A stretch of 64,000 nt of DNA from Orbicella franksi (taxonomy: Eukaryota), in the NCBI GenBank assembly GCA_964199315.1, contig OZ116709.1, positions 10,726,001 to 10,790,000 of the forward strand, read 5' to 3'. The position numbers were made by a program, and so were the translations under genes. The notes under the pieces are model-generated. The model had not been told where the DNA came from. It was given only the letters and a program-made list of their open reading frames with translations, and made no database searches. The number at the start of each line of letters is the position of its first letter. The stretch's first letter is position 1. Of the stretch, positions 1-13,131 are shown one piece after another.

Positions 1-98
1 GGGCAATAAATCAAACTATAACTGCAATGGTCTTACCAGCAAGAATAATTACCAGTACTGTTGAAAATTACTGCATGGATAGGTTGATTATTTTTAGT

Positions 99-3109
<3,011 letters not shown>

Positions 3110-3335
3110 CTATGAAAATGACAGAAGGAGTTCTTTCTGTGATCAAGTCCCTACTACCAGTATGGTGAAAAGGTTATTGTTATCAATCCAGAAACTTTGT
3201 TAATTCAGCCATTAATAAATACATGCATGCTGGGCTGTCCTGAAGGTTTGATTTACCTTTAGCTAGCCTTGGTCATCAGACCCAAAACTAGCTTGCTACT
3301 TTGTGGATGAATTGTATCAACAACAGGCAAGTTTC

Positions 3336-3671
3336 CCCAGGAAGGGGGGGAGGGGAGGGGGCTCCCATATAAAAAGGACAGGGGTGTTCACGGTACCTTT
3401 TAGGGGTTAAAACGCAGTTTTGTTACTTCTTAGGGTGTTCAACCTCAGAAGGCCCCAGCAGTCCTGAGCTGTTAGTACCTTTTAGCTACGGTATTGAGCT
3501 GAAAAAAAATATAAAAGGAGATAATGTGTTGTTTTAGGGCTGATGCCACTTAGGGGTGAAAAAAAATTCAAGCCACTCCCACAAAACAGGACCTTGGTAT
3601 CTCTTATACCGGGATTCTTTTCAAAATTTCCGACAAGCCCTGTCCTTATAGATGGGAGTCCCGCCCCCAGG
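3336..3671. mobile_element. MITE with G/C-rich termini (ggctcccatat...atgggagtcccgccc)
   Basis: Inverted ends ctcccatat/atgggag. A related left half lies at about 13926-14045. Confidence 0.55.
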
Positions 3672-4164
3672 GACAAGTTCAGCCATAGTACCAAGGGCAC
3701 ATCAAACATACTCAGCTGAAAAAAGCACAGCCAGGAACATTACTGGTTATGATCCTTAACGCTGGCCCTGAAATGTACCATATAACAATTCGATATAAAC
3801 ACCTGGGTTTTTTTTTTTTAATTTCAAGCGCTGAATGGGGGTACATAATTGGAGACATGGCCTTTTTAACATCATTTAGCAGCAGGACACTAATCTTGTT
3901 TTTGACACTAACCTTAAAGTGCAGAAGTCAAATGGGCAAGTGTGAATGAAAGCTTACAAGCACCCGTCTGACATCCCCCTGATCTGACAATCTGCCCCCA
4001 GGGAGGTTTGAATTGAATGAATCACATTATATTTGTCAGGTGACCCTTTTTGACATAAATAGACTGACAAATAATTTTGGAGACTTGATCTTTTAACATA
4101 TAGCTATTTATCAACTTGAAATTCACTGAGGTAAATTAATTAATCACTGTAGCGATCAGTTTGT

Positions 4165-4346
4165 GAAGACTGGCTTTCAAGTATTGGGTCAGTGTTTGCC
4201 CTTCATCAGAGCAAGAGGCTGTTGATTGAAATGTAACCTTCAGAAACTCTCTATAGCTGTTAATTTACCTTTATCAACTTATGATAGCTCTGTATTTTGT
4301 GTTTCATTTGCCGGCCGACACAGAAAACAGTTTCTTTAGACACTTT
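4165..4346. repeat. Degenerate interspersed repeat resembling Penelope-associated sequences
   Basis: gcccttcatcagagc...aatttacctttatcaac...acagtttctttaga resembles a common cnidarian repeat as recalled from memory; not verified. Confidence 0.35.
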
Positions 4347-4847
4347 AGTACCTTTGTTTATCCTTTCACTGATTATATATAGTCAGATCATTTGATTGGA
4401 ACGGCTAGCTGATCATAACATGTGGCCTTGCATTAAACTGCCTTCGTGACTGTACATGTACTGTAGATCGAGTTATTCTTAGCACAGTCTCTTTTATATA
4501 AATTTTGACGTATTAACTCATCTATTTCAGCCAAAAAATAAAACTAAAGCTTTATACAAGGATGGGAAAAGGTAATTATCAACACGAGAGAATGAGTGAA
4601 CAAGTTTTAAAACAATGTGACTCGTGACATAGATAATCTCTCGATTACATAAGACTTAAGTTTATAAACGTAAGCGTTTTTGTCGACGAATATCAAAATT
4701 ACTGTAGATATCCTCGATCCTCGAATGCGAACTTCTTTAATTTTCCGCAGTACGACTTTGATGTAGATGCAAAATTGAAAGAAGACAGATCATGGTGAAA
4801 TAAGTACCTAGGAAATGCCCCGAGTAACAACAAGTAAGCCAACATAC

Positions 4848-5469
4848 CTTTATTACTCCGCAAATTATCCGAATTTAAGCTTATTCTGCACGTTACCATT
4901 GAACAGCGTTGAAGAAGCTGTTGTGATAAAAGGGGCACAAAGATATAACCCACCAATCTTTCTGAGCTGCGTTGATATTTCTGTGACTTGTTGGCTTGAA
5001 ATACTTGAAAAACGCTCTTCTTTCTGGATGACGAATCCCGTAAAAGAGTACACCGAAGCTAAAACAGTTCAAGGGCAGCTTTGCCTTGTTTTCTTTCAAA
5101 CGCAGTGAGTGAAAGGAACCTTGGACCGAAACAAAACAAACCAACAACAGTTCGTACTGTCCAGTGTGGGGTGAGAAGTACGGTTACATCAGGTTCCACC
5201 GTTGTTTTTCAGCACTGCGTTATTTGTAATCACTGATGTTATATAAAATTAAAGAATAAGAAATAAATATTAATGCATAATTAAAAAAAAAAACTGGCCG
5301 TAAAATTGTTTTTTGCAGTTAAAGTATAAAAAATGCAAGGGATGGGGTATGGAAACAAAGAACCACGCTGACAGCCCATGACAGTAAGTTGCTGTCTAAC
5401 ATTTGTCACGTGGTGTCTCAGCGCACGGAAAGATTTTCGTTGTGGAGCTGAGAGATCGAACGCCAAATC
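4848..5469. promoter_or_regulatory. Probable bidirectional promoter and 5' leaders of PCMTD (-) and FKBP12 (+)
   Basis: Head-to-head genes. The PCMTD ATG exon has a splice acceptor at 3110-3111, so an upstream non-coding exon is required. A strong minus-strand donor AAAG|GTATGT lies at 4848/4847. The FKBP12 ATG is at 5470, with an E-box-like CACGTG near 5407. Confidence 0.45.
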
Positions 5470-8400
5470 ATGGGAGTTGAAAAGGAGACAATCAAAGAGG
5501 GTGGTGGAGCTTCTCCTATGACAGGGCAGACAGTCGTTGTCCATTACACTGGTAGCTTTGTTTGATAACTTAACATTTGGTACACTAAGCTTATGTGTGT
5601 GTGCATATTTGAGCTTAGAATTGACAGAAGCGTAAATTTAGTGGTATACTTTTAAGGCTACAGTATACACTTCGTCGATCCCTTTTGTATGGTAGCTTGT
5701 CTTCTTTTACAGGAACGCTAACAGACGGCAAAAAGTTCGATTCTTCAAGAGATAAAGGGAGACCTTTTCGCTTCAAGCTCGGTACGGGCCAAGTCATAAA
5801 AGGTGAGAGTTGAAATACATCTCGTGTTCAAAAGTAACCCTATATTGCATTTTTAACACAATATTGGCCTATTTGGAGCGACTTTCAATACCGGGCCACT
5901 TATTAACATATATCTCAACGCTGCTAACAACGAAGCATACAGAAACAAATTGACCACTAAAAAAATCAGTGAGATGTCAATGACCCGGGGTATCCAATCG
6001 ATGGAAACCGATGATCGGAAATTCAATCGATCAATCGATATCAATCGATAAAATTAGTTAATTGGCATCGATTGGTATCGGCCAATCGATGACCAATCGA
6101 TAACCACACAAAAACCGTTCATCGATTGCTATCGATTGGCTCAGCAACCCCGTACAGACTTCACGCACGCTACCTGTCCGATTATCTGCCATTTTAGGAA
6201 GCCCTGGGGACCAAATTGGTAAAACAAATTCTGACCCAGTCTTCTCAATGTAGAGAATATACCCCGTTGCACGTGTACTCGAATTACTCACTTCCCGTCA
6301 TTGCCTTTCCGTGTCACAATGTCTACGCAAGACGTCCGGGGTATTACTGAATTTATAAGGTGCATCGTCAAATGCTATCATCTTTGCCAAAGAAGAGGGG
6401 AGAACGGGGAAACACGTTTAAAGTTGTGAACCATTGTGGACAGCTCGGCCACCTACAGTCCGAGCTTGTGGATCCCCTTTGGTCACTACATGCAGCTATT
6501 TCTGTGTTGTTCTCCTTTTCACATAAAATGAAATGTGTTTACAATTACTGCGTACAAAAGTTGTGTTTTTTATGCGTCGATTCTGGTTCCGTCAATCTGC
6601 AACCAATTGATACCAATCGATACCAATTTATCTAGCGATTGGTATTGATAATCGATACCAATCGATAACCACACGAATCTTCGATATCGATTGGTCATCG
6701 ATTATCAATATCAATCGATTAATTGATATCGATTGCTATCGATTGATATCGATTGTCATCGATTATCGATTCCATCGATCGGATACCCCAGGTAATGAGT
6801 GACCTGAGACATGCATGTATCAACATCCCCCCTCCCAGGGGTGTGGACAAAACGTGGGGTAGGCCATGGCCTAGGCCTAGGCCTAAGCCTGTGGCCTACC
6901 GGTGGTCAGAAACAAAACATCGGTAAGAGCTGAACGAGTAAGCTGGCATAAAATTATATCTCTCATGGTCTCTTGTATCCCTCTAATAGGGGTATACTAA
7001 AAAGTCACTAACACGATTCTCAACGTCAGACTCAGCCTTGAAACATCCTATTTCTCACTGTCTTCGATGTCTCTGCCCCAGCCAAGCAATCAATCATAAT
7101 GACAGGATAACAGTGTTTCCGCCAGACTGTGCCATTGCGGGAATCCTGCAATGTAATCAGAGAAGGCCCCCTAAAACACAAAAGAGGGGCCAAGTTGGCC
7201 CTTTCCTTTTACAAGACTGCCGGCATAACACAGGCATAGTATTTTAAAAGCTATCCGAGGGCTTGAAATTGCAGCCAATAGGTTGCCAATGCAATGTGAC
7301 TACATTTCTTTGTGTTGACGATCAATAACGGTTATTTTGTGACACATTATGTCCTTCTATAAAACCATAATGAAAGATCTTTGCTTCTAAAACATTCAAC
7401 ATAAGAAAAGAAGTCAATCCTTCCTTTTGCTTTGTATTGATTCTCTCACATTGGAGAGACCATGTTTGAAATCGCCCTACATGTATAATGCACTGCAAAC
7501 CCTTTTATCACTGACTATGTCATGTAAGCCTACACACTTACTATTAAATTTTATCATAGATCCTAATAAACTGCTTTATTTTCCTTCCTGATGCATTTTT
7601 TCCTTCTGTAGCTTTCAATTTATTGGCCCCTTTCCTAATAAACTTGGCCCCTAAAATCTTAGGTTTTCAGGGGCCACTTTGGCCCTGAAGTAAAATTTTC
7701 TGGCTGAAACACTGGACCGATATTATGTGGTCACTGAGGATATCCAAAATGGCGGCTCAATGATCCATACCAGTTACCAGTTTGTAACATATAGTGGAGT
7801 GCTAGTGTAAACATGTAATGAACGGCGTTGTATCGGACAGCATCTGCAGATATGTTCCAGTATAACTATTTAAGTGCCTCTTTAGTGCTATAGAGGACTG
7901 AATTTGTAACATGCATCCTGGGACACACATGCATCGCCTTCATAAACATTTCACAAACTTAACTTGCTTTTCCAACTGAAGTGTGATGGCATATCAACAC
8001 AAGTGGTGTATTAATTATTAAGCTGTTCCTTGTACATCAGAAAGCTCATTTGGGGCACTACCTACATATTGCAGGACATGGTGTCAAAAAGGTATATCAC
8101 ACAAAGTAATGTACAAATTGAACAATCTGTTTAATATTTTATTTTCTTTTATCTTAAAATAAATGTCCTAAATTTAGTTAATTAATTAATTGTTGGATAT
8201 TCTCAGTGATCACGTACTGTCGCCTGTTCAGCTGCCGTTATGGTTGATTGCTTGGCTGGGGGAAAACGTCGAAAACAGTGAGAAATAGGATGTTTGAAGG
8301 CTGAGTCTGATGTTGAGAATCGTGTTTAGTGACTTTTTAGTATAAGAACTAAAAGTTTTAAATTTTCTTTTGTTTTTAACCTCTCATAAGTGGCCACTTG

Positions 8401-11400
8401 ACAGATAATATGGATAATAAGATAAGGTGTTGTACTGAGAAGTACAAGGCCAGACTGAAATTTCTCAATAGGAAGTACCAGATTTTATTTCGAAGTCGAC
8501 TTTTCACTTGCATAAAACGTTTGAAACATACATGTAGGGTAAGTCTCTGCAGTTACCATAATGCTAATGAGGCAAAATTTTGACCCAATATGATCTAAGC
8601 TCTTGTAAGCGACCACCTCCCGTAAGCAACCCCCTAGGCTTGACATTTTGGGTGGTCACTTATGGGAGGTTCGACTGTATTAAATCTAGTTTTAATTAAC
8701 TGTTACCCTGTAGTAACAATATGGTTGCCTTATAACTGTCAGCTTTTTTTTTTCAGGTTGGGATGAAGGTGTAGCAAAGGTATTCACTATATTTGATAAT
8801 GTGTAAAGGGACAGTTTCAGGTTTGATGAATGTGCAAGCTATGATGTAACCCACCTCTTTCCATTGTTTATAAACCAGTCAGATGTAAGTGGATAACTTG
8901 TCCAGTCCTGAATAAAACTGTTGGGCCAAGTAGTAAATTCAATGTTCAATACTAAATTCAACATTTTTTGTGTAATTTCATTGACATCTGTGAAATTTGG
9001 GCATCAGACATTCTGCTAGCTTTGGTGTGGCCATATGGCATCTCAAAGGATATTATTCTTCTGTCACAAAATTATAGTCTGTAATTACTGAAATATGTGT
9101 GGTTGATATGGATTTAACGAAAACATACTTTATGTCTTGAGTCAGAACATACAAAAGGAATGCTAGTGAGAAATCTCACCTATATTGTCAGATGTTTGCA
9201 ATAGTCATCTGCAGGCTTCTGATTGTTTTGTAAAAAGTGGTCGGAATAAAATGGTTAGCATTGTATCTTGCACATCTGCATGCTCAGTGGGAGCCCACCG
9301 AAAAAATAATAAATTTTAAATGAATAAACGAACGAGCAAATGAGCGAGCCAATGAATGAATGAAAGAACCAACCAACCAACCAACCAACCAACCAATGAA
9401 CGAACGAACGAACAAACGAAGGAATGGACGGACGGACGGACAGACGGACGGACGGACGGACGAACGAACGAACGAATAATGAACAAATGAATGAACAAAG
9501 GAATGAATAAATAAATAAATATCACAATCTGGTATTTTGCTTTGTTTTGCTTTGGTTTGTTTTATTCCCTTCAGATCTTTTATTAATTGATTACCATGTT
9601 GGCAAAGTACAGTATTGTATTGTTCCAGTTTTACATAATACTCTCTCCCAAATAATAAAATTGAATTTGATATTTTGTTTCAGATGAAAGTAGGCGAACG
9701 AGCAAAACTGACTTGCTCACCTGATTATGGTTATGGGCCCCAGGGCTACCCTGGTGTATATCCTTTTACATGTTTCTATTATTGTGAGATCGTGTAAAAT
9801 ACTGCAAATCCTAGAATTAGTGCCTCCCCTCAAATAAGTGCCCCTCTCCCCCTGATTTATGAAAGAGTACTGAGACAACAAAGGATGTATAGTTTTGGTC
9901 ATGTTCAATCACAAGAAAGTGATTATCAACTCATTCAAGCACTGCACATTAAATGTCAAAATGGATGGTAGTGAGGATCTGCTGCGTAAAGCCCAACCAA
10001 CCTTGTGCAGCAGGGCTAGACTGTCTAAAGGTGTTCTATTATGTAGTTCTTCAATTGAGACAGGGTCCTTTTGAGACTTCTGAGAGACTGACACATACTG
10101 TACATATATTATGAAAAACCAATCATACCTGACCATGATTTGGGAAAAATTTAAAAATAAGTGCCCCCCTCAATTAAGCACCTCCCTTGAATAAGTGCCC
10201 CCCATCTTGTCCCAAATTTGAAAAAAGCATCCGGGCGCTAATTCCAGAATTTACAGTATATAGCAAATCAGAGGCTGGCATGTTGGCTGAAGTCTGGACT
10301 CAAGCCTTGGCTAAATAATAGGACCTTTGTGCAATCGTTTTGTGTGACCTTGTCAGTCATAAAAAAGGGTCTGGAACATAATGGATACCAGAATTACAAA
10401 GAGCATGATGAAATTTGAAGCCATTGATGTTTAATGTGAGATTTTATGGCAGTTTGAAATATCCAATGTATGTTATTGATGTAGTGTGCAGTCTGTACTG
10501 GGGAAACTTGTTGAGCAGGCAGTCCATACAGTTGCAAAAAAAGAATGAAACCAATATTCAGCTCGTATTAACCAAGCAGGAGGTCTGTATGGGAGAATCT
10601 TCACCAATTGCAAGATTGTGAATACCTGACTGAATGCAGTGAGGTCTGTACACACAACCAAGGTTGAGATTTTCAAGACCTATACAGACCGACTAAGCTT
10701 GGTTAGTAAGATTGTTTATTATATGCCAAACAAGAAAAATCTAATTCGTTTAATGTAACTGGTTTGTTCTAGCTGACATTTTGCTTACAAACAGTGATGA
10801 GCTGCACTTAAATCCATCAAAGTTTGCTCATTCTCTTTACTTTCTTGTCTCATTGGGCTTTTTGATACTTCTGCTAATATTTTTAGAAGAAAATTGCCAA
10901 TATTCTAACTTGAATTCTAGTTTGTAACTTTCTACCATAAAATGTAACCAGTGTAGATGCTGGTCTAGATGTCAGTCTAGATGGGAAAATCTACACCACG
11001 GTCAAAATCGATTTCAGCCAATCAAATTCGTCAGTTTGGTAGTTCCCAGTCCTTGTGAGACACAGCCATGTAATAATCCCTAATAAGGACTGAACAAGCT
11101 ATTTCAATCTATAAGGTATTTGCTATTTTAATTAAATGGCTCTTTTGAAATTCTGCTGACAAGCATGCACCAAAGTTCAGCATTTTTTGTATTTACATTT
11201 TCAGACCACTTTCACGTAAGTCAAACTGAAATCATCCCCCAGACAAAAGTAAAATAATTATGTCATTCTCTTCTTATAATAAGAAGAAACTGTTTTCTTT
11301 TATGCATGTTTTAGAAAGGAAGTAGTCCATCTTAACGATCTGTATGGCAAAATTGGGACCACCGATCAGAATTCTCCTTTTCATCATGGATTTGCCACAC

Positions 11401-11712
11401 AATTATAAATTTATATTATTATTTAATCTTATCAATTTTGCATCTAGCAATGTTTTCTAGACAAATCGTCTCAATGTTAAACATTAAAATCTCTGTACTT
11501 AAAATCTTGCACTCAAACATCCAAACTAGTAGTCTTGCAAATTTAAGCTTACTCTCTCCTTTTCTGGCATTTATATTGCATCGCTGCCTTTCCATTTGTT
11601 TGTGAGTAACTGGCGATTAGAGTTGACAGTTTGATTCTTTTCCTTAACCATGTACACTATCCCTCCCAATGCCACTTTGGTATTTGATGTGGAGCTGCTT
11701 GGTATTGAATGA
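5470..11712 (+). CDS. FKBP1A: FK506-binding protein 12 (peptidyl-prolyl isomerase), 107 aa; exons 5470-5551, 5713-5802, 8757-8779, 9684-9757, 11658-11712
   Basis: Spliced translation [107 protein letters not shown]; 82+90+23+74+55=324 nt. AATAAA at 11930. FKBP1A versus FKBP1B is not resolvable. Confidence 0.96.
5983..6793. mobile_element. MITE with about 35-bp TIRs and dense subterminal ATCGAT motifs
   Basis: acccggggtatccaatcgatggaa versus the reverse complement of ttccatcgatcggataccccaggt. AATG occurs on both flanks (candidate 4-bp TSD). Confidence 0.75.
6993..8344. mobile_element. Non-autonomous DNA transposon with about 115-bp TIRs and TA ends (Tc1/mariner-like), or two inverted copies of a short repeat
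   Basis: tatactaaaaagtcacta...cagccaagcaatcaa at 6993-7095 is mirrored at about 8240-8344. Confidence 0.6.
7111..7714. mobile_element. hAT-like MITE nested in the 6993-8344 element
   Basis: 16-bp TIR cagtgtttccgccaga / tctggctgaaacactg with one mismatch; no clean 8-bp TSD. Confidence 0.5.
9318..9520. repeat. Compound tetranucleotide microsatellite (GAAT, CAAC, GAAC, GGAC, AAAT)
   Basis: Direct reading; a 4-nt period is maintained over about 200 bp. Confidence 0.9.
9758..11657 (+). other. U12-type (minor spliceosome) AT-AC intron, 1900 nt, FKBP12 intron 4
   Basis: 5' end ATATCCTTT (9758-9766), branch point TTTTCCTTAAC (11638-11648), AC at 11656-11657. The join GT|T gives Val and restores GYPGVIPPNATL. 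Confidence 0.95.
9802..10256. mobile_element. TA-flanked Tc1/pogo-like MITE inside the U12 intron
   Basis: ta-ctgcaaatcctagaattagtgcc versus ggcgctaattccagaatttacag-ta. Confidence 0.6.
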
Positions 11713-13131
11713 GGGGTCGATGAGCATTTCCATCACAATTTCTTTTCTTTTTTGTCATAGCTCACTCTAAGAATCAATATTGTATTCATTTGGATTAGTT
11801 AGGTTAGATCAATTGATGGGATCATATAATAACTCACGTGCAAGATGTGCTCAAGTGATCACTCCATTGTTAATTCAATTTTTTTTTTTGTAATTTGAAA
11901 TTATGTAACAGTGTTTTTGGTGACTTTTGAATAAAGGCAAGCTCTGGTAATCAAAACTGTGAATGAAATGAACTTTTTATTGTGCTGTTAATATTTCTAG
12001 CTTATCATGTCAATAACAATGAGCTTTTATGGCAGTCAGGGTCATAAATTTAATCTATAAATTATTTCATATTGGGAGTACGGTTTGGTGCCATATTTGT
12101 ATGTACCTAATATCATTTTCCTTGAGTATCATTCTGCTCTCCTTAACCCTGAAATTGAAAAAAATTGCTTTCTATTCTGAACACCCCAGATGATACCACA
12201 CCCCAGTATCCCTGTCTCAATCAAATGTGGTCTCCTGGGGTTGCTCTTTACAGGCCCAGCTCATCAACCCCTGCAGGAGAAATCACTAAGATCTGATGAT
12301 CATGTAGCATCACTATTGTTCAAAAACAAAAATGCCCCTCTGCACAGAAGGCGATCTGCCCCGTTAACAAGGTTCTTTATAATTGGCCAAATGAAACAAT
12401 AGGTAAACAACACGAACAATGCCCTAGCTCTAAGAGCCAAAGAGGTGTAGATCTAATCAAAATAGAGGTTTCAAAGAGGGTCAGGTCAATAATGCACAGA
12501 AGGAGAAACAATTCAGGAAAAGTGTGTCACACTTGTAATAGTGACACATTTCCTAGCAGAAAGGTTGCATGATGACCCTATGAAGGGCTGCAAACTACGA
12601 TGTTACTATGTTGAGTCAGCAAATTAAGGGATGAACTTTTTGGGGTTGTGGTAAGGGTGCGGGGGGGGGGGGGGGTGGGACAGCAGTTGGGCTTCTGGGG
12701 CATTACATTTTTTTTTTTCACCTTAAGGTTGTGCATGCTTTTTTTTTGGTGGGCAAGCAGTTGTGCGAGAATTCCTGTTAACATCAAATATCAGAACCTG
12801 GTTAGTAGAAAGCACTTGTGAGATGTTTTGTTTCCCCATGGCTCCCTTTGCACAATTTTTTTCGGCCCTCTTTTTGCTGTGCACGAATTGTTTTTTGGGA
12901 TTATGTTTCAAACCCTGAAAAAAATAATGGTCTGTCCCTGATACAAAAAATCAGGTGTTTTCAGATGAACTCCTGGAAAATTAAAGAAAATTAATGTATC
13001 TACCTGGCCCCAGATCTCCCACGGTTAGGAGCTCGATCACTGAGATATACCTTTCGGGGGAGGGCTTGGTTGAGAATTATTTTAGCGCACAGCTAGCGGG
13101 TCGGGCTCAATATTTGTCAACAACCGCCAAA

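Noticed and set aside
4699-5147. Overlapping short ORFs between PCMTD and FKBP12 as a separate gene
   Set aside because: No recognisable motif, mostly non-ATG starts, and the region is better explained as leader and promoter.
9754-9760. GT donors next to the FKBP12 exon 4 end (GT-AG interpretation)
   Set aside because: There is no AG acceptor adjacent to the last exon that keeps the conserved sequence, while the U12 signals are perfect.
12994-13131. 46-aa N-terminal extension of CABLES from the upstream ATG
   Set aside because: Family similarity starts after 13132, whose context (caaaATGGCG) is stronger; it cannot be excluded without TSS data.
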